From positions 28,024,001-28,088,000 of the forward strand of contig NC_043003.1 of NCBI RefSeq assembly GCF_006345805.1: a stretch of 64,000 nt of DNA, given 5' to 3'. Positions 1-12,080 of this stretch are shown here, one piece after another (positions within the stretch are counted from its first letter, which is position 1; every line of letters starts with the position of its first letter). The position numbers were made by a program, and so were the translations under genes. The notes below the pieces were generated by a model that made no database searches, was not told the origin of the DNA, and worked only from the letters and a program-made list of their open reading frames with translations. This DNA comes from Octopus sinensis (lineage: Eukaryota).

Positions 1-190
1 GCGACAAACAAGGACAGACAAATGGATTGTCGATTATATCGACCTCAGTGCGTAACTGGTACTTATTTAATCGACCCCAAAAGGATGAAAGGCAAAGTCG
101 ACCTCGGCGGAATTTGAACTCAGAACGTAGCGGCAGACGAAATACTTCTAAGCATTTTGCCCGGTATGCTAACAATTCTACCAGCTTGCT
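1..190 (-). mobile_element. tRNA-derived SINE family A (partial)
   Basis: Reverse of gctggcagaattgttagc...gagttcaaattccgccgaggtcgactttgcctttcatccttttggggtcgattaaataagtaccag; A/B-box-like motifs. Similar copies at ~8990-9193(-), 9935-10140(+), 12083-12300(+), 21555-21750(-), 25415-25760(-), 41880-42220(-), 55075-55230(-), 63635-63770(+) and 63770-64000(-). Confidence 0.85.
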
Positions 191-689
191 ACCCTTTCTT
201 TTTTATTTCTCTTTCACATCTTCCAAATTTTTTTTCCTTCTCTCTCTTTCTGCCTCTCATATTCACCTACTCACTGACAGTGTTTTGTTGCATTTTTTTT
301 TTTTGCTGTAACGGGGTCGCAGGGGTTTGTTTAAAGGGGTTAAGTTTACTTTTTACAATTTTCTACACCTTTTCGTGTTTCATCCCATTCCATTATTTTT
401 CTTTCATTCATTACAGAACTTTCATTATTTGATTCTTCCTTCTCTTTCATTCCTTCATTCTTTTACCTGACCCCCACCAGTTTCACTCCTCCTTTTCTTT
501 CATTCTCTTCTCCTTTACAATCTCTTCATTAATCCATTTTTTCCTGTCATCTGTTCCCTCCAGTCCAGTTATCCTTGTTCACTCCACTCGTACTTCTTTG
601 ACTCAGCTCACACTCTCTCTCTCTCCTCACACTCATCACCCTCATTCATTCACACTCAATCACTTCACTTACCTTAGTTCTCGCCACTC

Positions 690-965
690 ATCCTTGATCA
701 CTCTACTCACCCTCGATCATTCACCCTCAATCACTCCACTCGCCTTCGATCACTCTGCTTACCCTCGTCCACTCCACCCACCCTCAATCACTCCACGTTT
801 GCTCATTCTACTCTCTTCACACCACTTGCACATGATCACTCCACTTACCCCATTGCTCTGCATCTGCCCTTGATCACTATACTCACCCTCGTTCACTCCA
901 CTCACTCTTGTCCATTCCGGTCCTGCTCAACTCCTGTCCCCAATCACTCAACGTACCCTTGGTCA
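690..965. repeat. Degenerate ~19-bp minisatellite (consensus about TCGATCACTCCACTCACCC)
   Basis: Successive units ttgatcactctactcaccc, tcaatcactccactcgcct, tcgatcactctgcttaccc, tcgtccactccacccaccc, ttgatcactatactcaccc. Confidence 0.7.
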
Positions 966-1069
966 CTCAACTCACTTTTGTTCCTCCCACTTACACTCAC
1001 TCCCCCCCCCCCACCTTCGATTATTCTTTTGCCCTCTTTAATTCCATTCACATTACCCACAATGTCGAA

Positions 1070-1215
1070 CAGGCATAGGCAGCGCCGTTTTCCCCCCAAT
1101 GCAGGTCGCATGAGACATAGCTCATTATCAGACAAGCTGCACAACTGAAAAAAAAAGGCAATTTTACGTTAGGTGTGCATGTGGCCCGTGCGCCACAGGT
1201 TGCCCATAACTTCTG
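1070..1215. mobile_element. Probable hAT/Charlie-like MITE remnant (related second left end at ~1445-1525)
   Basis: Imperfect ends caggcataggca / tgcccataac, and gggccgca / tggcccg subterminal motifs. Segment 1103-1142 aligns with 1472-1512. No TSD seen. Confidence 0.4.
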
Positions 1216-2689
1216 TAAAAAAAAAGAAAAAAAAAGAAAACTTGCTCTGATATCTTTTTCCCCTCATCTTCCTTTCTTACAATGGACACGAACTTTCTCT
1301 TCCACCTCCCACAGCAGTGCGAGGGAGCCACTACGTTGTTGCTCGATTTTGCTAGAAATAGCAGCTCAATCTACCTCAAATTACATCATGCCATCTTAAA
1401 TAATGATAATAAAAATAATAATAATAAGCGTTGAATGGTGCATAGTTGATATGGGTAACCTTTCTCGAGAAATGGGCCGCACGAGACATTGTTTGTCATC
1501 AGGCGGGCCGCACTAGTAAGAATTTCAAAGTAAATTTTCGCTAGCGCGCCATTTAGAAGATCTCGTTTGTTTATGACTGATGTAGAGCTTGATATATATA
1601 TATATAAAAAAAAGGCATGTGATGGTCACGGTTGGTATATCGTTCATCGCAGGTCTGTGCGATCAGGATTACCTGGTGCTACACAACAGTAGTTTCAAAT
1701 AAGCAACGACGCGGGCCAACGGGGCAGCCCACTACGTGGTCGATCGACTTTCGAGAAATAATAACTAAATCTCCCTCTATTATTAGAAAAGTAAGTGTCA
1801 TAAGATAAGGTAGTTGTCGATACACTATGTCTGAATTTAAAAGACGAGAATATCGTCGATTGTTGAGGTCTACTCAGTCAGGTCTGACCTGGGGTTAAAC
1901 AATACTAACAAGGTGGGCCGAGGGAGGATTAATCAACACGGGATGATATAGCCTGGGATTCATAGTGTTTGGGGGGGGGGATAAAAACGATATAGTCATG
2001 ACTGGAACGCTTTTGAGCAAAGGTTTGTTCGACTTAGAACTGATCAACAACATAAACTGACGAAAATAGTCTCTTACGTGCAGATCTAGCTGCTAGAAAT
2101 AGCAACCAAAAATCACATTCTATTTGTCTTTAAAGGAAAAAGAAACGTTAGATGGTACACATTGTGTTAGATGCACTGTCTGAATAGAAGGTTAGGGGCA
2201 GGATGGCTATGGCAGGAATGTCTTTGATCATTACGTTTAATCGGACAGGCCTTAGTTCGGTGCGGGGAGTTTCTGTGATTGTGGAAGGACCGAAGAATGC
2301 AACGTTTTCGGGTGATGTCATTTGTCTGAGAGTTAGAGAGAGAGAGAGAGGGAGAGAGATAGATAGAGAGATATGAGTAATTGACCGAGGGTTAAATAAC
2401 AACAATATAACAACATGAAAATAAACATGACCATGTGTTTAAAAGAAAAGGAAAAAAAAATATACATTCGTTGTATCTGACCTGTTAAGTTGTTAGTCTC
2501 TTGTTTTTGTATTTGCTTTTTTTTTATTGTTGTTATTATTATTATTACTATTCTTTGGTTTTCCTGTGTCTTTCTCAATCAATCCTTCGATCTGGGCATC
2601 AATCCATCCATTGATCAAATGATCGATCCATTGAATCAGTCAGTAAGTAACCCACCAGCCGTAAATCACAAACTAAGGTAAACGGTAAA

Positions 2690-3295
2690 CCATCCATCTA
2701 TCCTGTGATGTTGTTTTTCTTCGTATTGCCTTGTCAGTGCTCTCTCTCCCTCCCTCTCTCTCTCTCTCAGTCTTCTTCCTCTCTTTCACTTTCTATAGCT
2801 TTCTTTCCTTCTGTCTTCCCTTCGTCACTTTCTCTCTCTCTCTTGCTCGCTCATTACATCGTCACCCTCTCTGTCTCTGTTTTCTTTCCTTTTGTCTTTT
2901 CCCCTTTACCTCTCCCTCTGTCTCTGTCTTTTCCGTTTTCCTCTCCCTCTCTCTAATCCTCTCTTTGCCTGTCTCGTCCCATCCCCCTGTCTCTTTTTCC
3001 CCCCTTTCTATATATGACTCTCCCTCTATTTTTCTCTGTCCCTCTGTTTTTCTATCTTTTTCTTTATCTTCTCCATGTGTATCTCTTTCTCTTCGTCTCT
3101 CTCTATCTCTCTCCGTGTAGCCTTCTATCCTCCTCTGTCTCTGTCCCTCCGTCTTCCTTTGTCCCTATCTTTCTTCTCTTTCAGGTTTCCTTTCTCTCTG
3201 CTCCCTCTCTCTCTCCTATGTCTCTGCAGTGTTTTCTCTGTCGTTTCTAGTCAATATCTATCATTGGATTATATATCTCTTTATATTCTTCGCGC
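2690..3295. repeat. ~600-bp polypyrimidine (CT-rich) low-complexity tract
   Basis: Predominantly C/T on the + strand over ~600 bp. Confidence 0.9.
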
Positions 3296-3890
3296 GCGCG
3301 TGATTATATATGCGTGTGTGCGTATGTATGTATGTATGTATGTATGTATGCATGTATGCATGTATGCATGTATGTATGTATGTGTGTGTCACTCTTTCTG
3401 TCTCTGTCTATTTATGTTTTCTTTAAACCGGTCTACTATATATTTCTTCCTCTCCGAATGACGATGGTGACGAGGGTGGAGGAAGTAAAAGAAAGTGAAA
3501 GAGTGAAGCTAAGTCTTAGAACACACTTAAGTACGTCTGTTCACACACACACACGGAGAGAGCAGGGGTGGGTGACTAATAGATAGTATATATGCATTGC
3601 TCTGTCGAGAACACCTTGCAGTCAGTCAAAATAACTTAAAACTATTTTTCCAAGCAAAACGTTTCACCATTCTGTCAAGACAATAATATATATATATATA
3701 TTGTATATATGTATATGTGTGTAATTTTATTTTGCTCCTTACCCACAAGCTTCTACCCCACACGTTCTGTCTTTCGCTCTTCCCCACTTCTCTTTCTTTC
3801 TCCTTTTGGCTTTCACTTTTGTTTTACCTGTTGCGAGACAGAGAAAGTATAAGTGGAGTAGGAGGATATATATATATCTGTGTATATGTG

Positions 3891-3940
<50 letters not shown>

Positions 3941-4005
3941 CACACATATATATATATATACATACACACACATGCGCATATGTATATATATATATATATA
4001 TATAC

Positions 4006-4198
4006 ACCGGAGTAAACACATAAATGTGAAACAAGGTGGAAAAAAGAGTACTCAAATACCAGTGGTAGAGTAATATGCTTTATTTAAAGCAGCAGAAAAT
4101 TCAACAAAAACCTGTTACTCTGAGTTTCACGTTCCCGTTCGTCGGGAACGTGAAACTCAGAGTAACAGGTTTTGTTGAATTTTCTGCTGCTTTAAATA
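4006..4198 (-). mobile_element. Penelope-type terminal repeat fragment with a 57-bp inverted duplication centred on a truncated hammerhead
   Basis: Arms 4081-4137 and 4143-4198 differ by one A, with a 5-nt loop. Minus strand 4145-4111 reads CCGACGA-ACG(GGAA)CGU-GAAA-CUC-A-GAG-UA^-ACAGG. Confidence 0.65.
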
Positions 4199-4459
4199 GA
4201 GAGAGAGAGAGAGAGACTTTTTCGTAAACTCTTCCTATATACATATATATTGTGTGTGTGTGTGTATTTGTATGTATAGACAGAAAGATAAACGGACTGG
4301 CCATATAGTAATATAGGAATGGTGGTGGATGATGAAGGGAGGGCCTCATGAGGGTGACATGAAGTGTGGTAGGTGGCTGTTTTTACTGTGTGATGCTATG
4401 TTTATGTATGTATGAGTATGTATATGAATGTGACTATGCATGTTTATATATATATATAA

Positions 4460-4497
<38 letters not shown>

Positions 4498-4659
4498 CAC
4501 AGATACATACGCACACATATACATGCATGAGTACATACACACATGCATATATACACACAAACACGCACGCACAACAGGTATTAACTACATAGTTTAGTCA
4601 TCTCTTATGTGTAACCTAATACACGTGGACGAATTGTAAACGCTGTTTATTGCAGCATA

Positions 4660-4696
<37 letters not shown>

Positions 4697-5159
4697 CATA
4701 CACATGTACGCACACACATCCTTATGCATACGAATAAGAAATATGAAATGCGTGATATATATATATTGTTGTGTATATATCTGTATGTGCATGTGTATAT
4801 AGAAGTGTATGCGTGAAAAACAAAACATTGATATTATATATATATATATATATATGTAGATGCGTTGTGTGAACTCACACACACACACACAATACTTCGC
4901 GTTTACACCCCCCTACCTTTCGTCCCTCGATGTTTCCTCGACAACACATCCACCACCTCTGTCACCGCCGCCACCACCACCACCATCGTCAAAACCTGTT
5001 GTAATGTCTTCACCACAATGTAACTGTAGACTGTAATTGATCCACCGGATTTTTTTTTTACCTCATCCACCTCCACTCCTCCCCCCATTTTTGTTTCTGT
5101 CAACCCCCTCTTTATGTCTCTGTATTTCTATATCTCAGTTTCTGTCTATATAGATATCT

Positions 5160-5176
5160 CATTCTCTCTCTCTCTC

Positions 5177-5235
<59 letters not shown>

Positions 5236-5346
5236 ATATACACACACACACACTCATACACACACACACACATATATATATATATACACACACACACGCA
5301 TATATACACACACATATATATACGTATATATATATACATATATGTA

Positions 5347-5389
<43 letters not shown>

Positions 5390-5553
5390 TTATGTATGTG
5401 TGTATAATCATCCACCTACCTTTCTGTGCATTTATCTATTTATGCATATATATAGGTATGTGTATGGGTGTGCATATATACGCATGTATATATATATATA
5501 TATGCATATATATATATGCATATATATATATATATATGCATATATATATTTGC

Positions 5554-5600
<47 letters not shown>

Positions 5601-5630
5601 TGTGTGTGTGTATACACACACACTGTATTT
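5160..5630. repeat. Compound (TA)n/(CA)n/(TATG)n microsatellite
   Basis: Direct reading; source of the YI/HT/CV ORFs. Confidence 0.95.
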
Positions 5631-5989
5631 TAACATGTGTAAGGAACCCTTTTTTGTCAAAAATTATGTTTAAAAAATATGGGAGTTTTATATACATTGA
5701 TAGTAGTATAGATATTAATAAATTACTCAATTCAAGGGTTCCTTATACATGTTAAAATAGGGTATATTTAAAATCATCTGCCTAACTTTCTGTCTACCTA
5801 TCGTTTTTCTGTCCCTCCTCCCTCGCCTCCACCTTTGTGTATATAAATTCCTACTTAACCTCTTTCACAATGAATATTGTTGAGTGTGTTAGACGTTATA
5901 TATTTATATATATGTGCACATGTATGTATGCATGCATGCATGTTGTATGTGTATATATGTGTGTATGTATGTTTCTCTCTCTCTCATAA

Positions 5990-6240
5990 AAAATAATAAA
6001 CGCGCCCCTTTAAAGCCTAGCTAGGCTCATGGGCCTGGTTTCCCGGTTTCTATGGCGTATGTGTTCCCCAGCTGGACGGGACGCCAGTCCATTGCAACGT
6101 TACTCATTTTTGGCAGTGGACTGGAGCAACGTGAAATGAAGTGTTTTGCTTAAGAACACAACGCGTCGCCCAGTCCAGGAATCAAAACCACAATCTTACG
6201 ATTATGATGCTGACACCCTAACCACTAAGCCACGCGCCTC
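5990..6240 (-). mobile_element. tRNA-derived SINE family C
   Basis: Reverse complement reads gaggcgcgtggcttagtggttagggtg (A box)...gtggttttgattcctggac (B box)...gttgtgttcttaagcaaaacacttcatttcacgttgctccagtccac; near-identical in layout to 37225-37479. Confidence 0.88.
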
Positions 6241-6808
6241 CTAGTTCTTGAGTCCACTTTTTCCAACTTTATATATATACATATACATACATGTATAATG
6301 ATGTAGACAATGTGTGCATGTGTATCTGTGCTTCTGTACATGTATGTGTGTACACACATACGTCATTGCTTGACTCTTGCCAAACTCTACAATCCAGCAT
6401 GGAAGATGGATATTAAATGATAGATAGATAGATAGAGCAAGCTTTCTATGTAATTGTATTGCCTATATTTTTGTATTGTAATGCTGATATCTGTGAGAAA
6501 TAGAATTTTACTTCATTGCTATTATTTGTGAAGCTGTGTTTACTGGTAATTTTCAGTTTTGTTAGTTAAGAAAATGCTAACTTTACGTCTTGTATCATTC
6601 ATTTTGTTACAATTCCAAACTGTTATACATCACAAGAAGAGGCAGACAGTATTACATGCTCTGCAGTTCATTGCCCTGGTGGAAAGATGTCCGCTTGACC
6701 CAACATGTGGAACATTGAACATAGAAGTGATAGAGAAACATGGATCTGTTGATTCAATTTCAGCAACTCTGAGGGACTGTCCCTAAAATTTGTCTTAATC
6801 TTTTATCA

Positions 6809-7200
6809 TTTACTTGTTTCAGTCATTAGGCTGTGGCCATGCTGGAGTACATCCTTGAAGAATTTCAGTTGGAATGAATCAGTTCTAGTACTTATTTCTT
6901 TTTTTGAAAATCCTGATACTTGTTCTATTGGTTTCTTTTGCCAAACTGCTAAGTTACAGGGACATAAACACACTGACCCCTGTTGTCAAGCAGTGGTAGG
7001 GGACAAACGCATACACAAAGACACACACAGATACACACACACACACACATACATAATAGGCTTCTTTCAGTTTCTGGCTACCAAATTCACTCACAAGGCT
7101 CTGGTCAGCCTAAGGCTGTAGTAAAAGATTCTTACCCAAGGTGCCACACAGTAGAACTGGATCCAGAACCATGTGATTGGGAAGCAAACTACTTACCACA
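6809..7200 (-). mobile_element. tRNA-derived CORE-like SINE family B (~400 bp)
   Basis: Reverse complement of the family B consensus (gtggtaagtagcttgc...ggttcagtcccactg...caccttgggcaagtgtctt...internal (TG)n...ggcttacaaagaataagt...cagtcaaatgactgaaacaagtaaaag). Confidence 0.85.
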
Positions 7201-8867
7201 TATCCACTTGTTGATGATCATACAAAAAAAGCAGTGAATTTGGAAACCGAAGACAGTTTAACCTTTCAGTTTTTAAACTGCCCATATCTGCCTTAGAATT
7301 TCGTTCTAAAAGAAAACAATCACAACATTGAAATCTTGAAGCTATGAGATAAGGCATGATTAAATTAAAACATGCTTTAATTTAATGATTAAATTAAAGC
7401 ATTACATTTGATGGAAGGCATATGGCTCAGTGAAGGCTCATGGCTCAGTGGTTAGTGAGTTCGATTCCTGGACCAGACTGTGTGTTGTGTTCTTGAGCAA
7501 GACACTTTATTACACTTTGCTCCAGTTCACTAAGCTGTAGAAATAATCAGCTGCAGCGTCATCGGTGCCAAGCTGCATCGATCTCTGTCTTTCCCTTGGA
7601 CAACATAAGTAGCTGGGAGAGGGGAGGCTGGTATGAATGGGCAACTGCTGGTCTTCTACAAACAACCTTGCCTGGACTTGAGCCTCGATGTGGGAACTTT
7701 CTAGGTGCAATCACATAGTCTGAAGAGGGTCTTTCCCCTTACCCTCTACTCTTGAGAGAGTAATCTGAAATGCTAAAAATCTTAAAAAAAAAAAAAATGA
7801 CATATTTGGATAATTTAGTGCTAGATACCTCTGAAAAGGCAAGATGGTCGTGACTGGAATGCTTTTGATCATTACTTTACTCAATCAAATTTGAAAAAGG
7901 GACGAAGGGCTAAAGAACCACTGTTACAGTATTTTAATAAGTCTATGCTGGTCACTTGAGTGAGTCATTCCATCTGGCACCAAATGAAGACAGGAATATT
8001 GTTAGATTCTGTATTTTGCTGCCATTGTTGTTGATGGTGATGATGATGATGCCGATGATGATGATGTTGCTGCTTCTGCTTATTTTTTGTTACAGAGTGC
8101 TCTTCTGGTGGGGCTTGACCCAATTTTTAGGATGTCTACAGACAAAAGAAAAGAGGAAAAAATAAAAATGCCTCACCCTCTCCTCCTCCCTGAACGATGT
8201 TCCTTGTCCCTCCCTTAGAATTTTAGGAATTGATGTGTCGTTGATAACATTAAATACTAGAGTCTAATAATACAAACAACACACCTGGTGTCTATGTGTT
8301 AATATCTATGTAGATGAATTTCTAACATTGTAGAGTGTGACATCATAGTAGGAAAGGGAGAGAATTTTTCCAATTCATTTCACTTATATATTCTTTTGCT
8401 GGTTTCAGCCATGTTAGAGCACCACCTTTCCAAAAATATGGACCTCCTTGGTGGGGAATATATATATGTGTATATATATATATTTGACAGTGGCTCTGCT
8501 GGAGCACCATCTTAAAAGGTTTAGGTCGAAGAAATCGACCCTAGGACTTATTCTTTGTAAGCCTAGTACTTATTCCATTGGTCTCATTTGCTGAACTGCT
8601 AGATTACTGGGATGTAAGCACGCCAACAGCAATTGTCAAACGATGGTGGTGGTGGGATAAACACAGACACAAAGACACATACACATAAATATATATATGT
8701 ATATATGACAAGTTTCTTTCAGTTTCCATCTAACGAATCCACTCACAAGGCTTTGGTCGGGTCAAGGCTATAGTAGAAGACTCTTGCCCAAGGTGTCATG
8801 CAGTGAGACTGATTCTGGAACCATGTGGAGATCTCAAATTATGAGTACATGTACATTTTTGTTAATG

Positions 8868-8981
8868 TTTAGCAGAAGCAACAGAGGGACTCAAGGTCTG
8901 AGAGTTTCATGCGTCAGTACTTATTAAAGTGCCAACACATGAAACTCTCAAACTTTGAGTCACACTGTGGCTTCTGCTAAA
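8868..8981. repeat. 114-bp hairpin element with a decayed hammerhead-like core
   Basis: 44-bp arms 8868-8911 and 8938-8981 (5 mismatches). The plus strand has cttatta-a-gtg(ccaa)cac-at-GAAAC-tc...gagtc. Confidence 0.55.
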
Positions 8982-9203
8982 TATTTATTTCAAATTTTGG
9001 CACCGGGCAGCAATTTGTAGGGAGGGGAGTAAGTTGCTTACATCGATTCCAGTTCTCAACTGGTATTTATTTTATCAACCCCAAAAGGATGAAAGGCAAA
9101 GTTGACCTCAGTGGAATTTAAACTCAGAAGATAAAGACAGATAAAATGCTGCTAAGCATTTTACCTGGCGTGATAAGGATTCTGCCAGCTCACTGTCTTC
9201 TGC

Positions 9204-9246
<43 letters not shown>

Positions 9247-9250
9247 CCAG

Positions 9251-9376
9251 GTGTGACATCCTATACAGGACAGTGCTACTGACGTTTATATTCCCAGGAA
9301 GACAGCTGGCTAACAACAAAGATGTCTTCCTTGAGCTATAAACGTCAGTAGCACTGTCCTGTATAGGACGCCACAC
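9251..9376. repeat. 126-bp hairpin (40-bp arms, 32 bp perfect, plus inner stem)
   Basis: tcctatacaggacagtgctactgacgtttata (9259-9290) pairs perfectly with 9337-9368; inner stem aggaagaca/tgtcttcct. Confidence 0.8.
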
Positions 9377-9583
9377 TTCGGTGGCAATTATATGTTACGA
9401 TTCCGTACACTGCTACTGTTTATATTTTGCTGAGAGTTTTAATACAGCTTATATATATATATATGTATATATGTATGTATATATATATATATATATATTC
9501 TTTTACTTGTTTCAGTCATTTGACAGCAGTTAAGTTTGAAAATAATAAAGAGATTACTTAAATAACTTTGTCATTATTAAGTT

Positions 9584-9912
9584 AAGGTACATGGCTCTGT
9601 GGTTAGAGCTTACAATCGTGAGGTTGTGAGTTCGAATCCCAGACTGGGCTGCGTGTTGTGTTCTTGAGCAAGACACTTTATTTCACGTTGCTCCAGTTCA
9701 CTCAGCTGTAGAAATGAGTTGCGACATCACAGGTGCCAAGCTGTATCAGCCTTGGCCTTTCCCTTGGATAACACAAGTGGTGTGGAGACAGGAGGCCGGT
9801 ATGCATGGGCGACTGATGGTCTTCCATAAAGAACTTTGCCTGGACTTGTGCCTGGGAGGGTAACTTTCTAGGTGCAATCCCATGGTCAGTCATGACCGTA
9901 GGAAGTCTCAGC
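9584..9912 (+). mobile_element. SINE family C copy (long-tail subtype)
   Basis: catggctctgtggttagagc...gagttcgaatccc...gttgtgttcttgagcaagacac...ctttctaggtgcaatcccatggtc. Same subtype at ~7430-7740(+), 10143-10478(-) and 37605-37945(+). Confidence 0.85.
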
Positions 9913-11203
9913 TTTGAGGTGGTGTTTGAGATCGTGAACTGGCAGAATTGTTAGCATGACAGACAAAATGCTTAGCAGCATTTCATCTGTCTTTACTTTC
10001 TGACTTCAAATTCAGCTGAGGTCAACTTTGCCTTTCATCCTATCAAGGTTGATGAAATAAGTACCAGTTGAATACTGGGGTCAATGTAATCGACTTGCCT
10101 CTCTCCTAAATTTTAGGCCTTATGCCCATAGTGTAAAGGGTAAAGATCCCTTTCGGACATGAATGATGATGGGTTTACACCTAGAAAGTTACCCTCCGAG
10201 GCACAAATCTGTCCAGGCAAGGTTGTTTATGGAAGACCAGCAGTCACTCATGCATGCCAGCCTCTCTTCTTCATGACACTGATGTTATCCAAGGGAAAGG
10301 CAAAGGCTGATAAAGCTTGGCGCCAATGACATCACAACTCGTTTCTACAGCTGAATGAACTGGAGCAACATGGAATAAAGCGTCTTGCTCAAGAACACAG
10401 CACAGCCCGGTCTGAAAATTGAACTCACTGCCTCATGACTGTGAGCATGACACTCTAACCACTGAGCCATGCACCTTAGCAGAAAGGATTATTAAGGTGG
10501 TATTCGGAGCCTAGATTAATATGAAATTTTGATAGCAGGTTTTAATCCACATCACGTTAAGCCAGGAAGTTTGCATCACAGAACCAAGGACAGTCTCAGG
10601 TATGTTGGTATCAGAAGGGTTAAAAGTGCATATGACTGTGGAATACTCAGTCACTGACACCATATTGTGCAAAAACTAAACAGGTAGCTTTGTCAATCAA
10701 AACAGCTAAAATACTTACTCAGCATTGCGGAAACCCATGCATGGTATCCAGGTATCTTGTTACCTTCTGGATTTGGTTTCTGCTTTATTCAACTTGCAGC
10801 GGCAATGCTATTTGTTTTTGTTTCTGTTTCTTGGTTCCTCCTGATTAAGAATCTTTTAAAGAACCGTGAATTGCAATAAACACTTTCTTTGTTTGTTTGC
10901 TTGTTTGTTGAGTGTGTGTGTGTGTAAGATATAGACTAGTGGAAGATAGTTACTAAGTAGAATGACAGAGATACAAATGGTAGATTCTCTAATGTTTTTG
11001 TTGTTGTTTTTGGTTTGTTGGAAGCATTTAACTGGGCCTGAAACAAAATAATATAAAACACAAGAAAATGTAAAACAAAGAGAGAAAAAAACTCCCAAAA
11101 ATGCGAGTTATGAGGCTTTAGAAGCAGGCTGCTGGGTAAAACTGCTTTCTAAACAAAAACCCACCTCTGTTGTCAACTTTAGCAATCATAGAAGTATTTG
11201 TGG

Positions 11204-11244
<41 letters not shown>

Positions 11245-11388
11245 TGTGTGTGTGTGTATAAGTATGTATGTATGTATATATGTGTGTGTGTGTGTATTTA
11301 TGGAAAAGTATGTGTGTGTATGATGTTTGTATGTGAGATTAGAGAGACAGACTTGTTTTTTTGAGCTTGTGTATGAAGTAGAAGTGCA

Positions 11389-11436
<48 letters not shown>

Positions 11437-11964
11437 CATATATATAATACAATAATTATCAAGAACTGTGTATAAGTTTACCCTGGTGTACCAATGCTGC
11501 TTTGTCTATGCATGTGTATGTGTATATTTACCTTATGTGTGCATGTGTGTGGTTGCACACGTGTGTGTGTGTGTGTGCATGCATCCTAATATAATCCAAA
11601 TGCATTCGCATGCATACATGTGTATGTGTGATCTCCTGTAGCACTGGAAGCAGAAATCCTTATCTTTATGGAGAGAATAAGCCCCCCCCAAAATATCTTC
11701 AATCTTTTTTTTTTCTCTTACAAGTTTATTACTGTATTGCAAGTATCCAGAGTTAATTGCATTTATTTCAAACAATTACAGCGTGGAAGACACCTATCAG
11801 TCATTCAGAAAACACACACACACAAAAAGACTTAAATTCACTTAAATAGTTATTATTTAGTGTCAAAATTTTCATCATATCTACTGCCTCCTGGTTACTG
11901 ATGTGATTCACACCAAATAATGTTAAAGAGAAGTTAACAGCTTCTGTGTGTTTTTGCATGGCTA

Positions 11965-12080
11965 TCATCATCATCATCATCATTATTATTATTATTATTA
12001 TTCTTCTTCTTCTTCTTCTTCTTCTTCTTCTTCTTCTTCTTCTTCTTCTTCTTCTTCTTCTTCTTCTATTATTATTATTA
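11965..12080. repeat. Compound trinucleotide run (ATC)n(ATT)n(TTC)22(ATT)n
   Basis: Uninterrupted TTC from 12001 to ~12066. Confidence 0.95.

Noticed and set aside
5990-6240. tRNA-like A/B boxes (also in many other SINE heads)
   Set aside because: They continue into SINE core and tail sequence and lack a complete cloverleaf or acceptor stem; SINE heads, not tRNA genes.
6559-6786. 75-aa non-repetitive ORF
   Set aside because: No recognisable domain, no convincing splice sites, TTG start; only a faint FHQGN resemblance to Tc1 on the opposite strand.
10714-10850. Possible exon (+ strand AWYPG..GFG resembling ArgRS GWY..GFG; a minus-strand GTAAGT donor)
   Set aside because: Motif spacing is wrong for ArgRS and all three minus-strand frames contain stops after the candidate acceptor.
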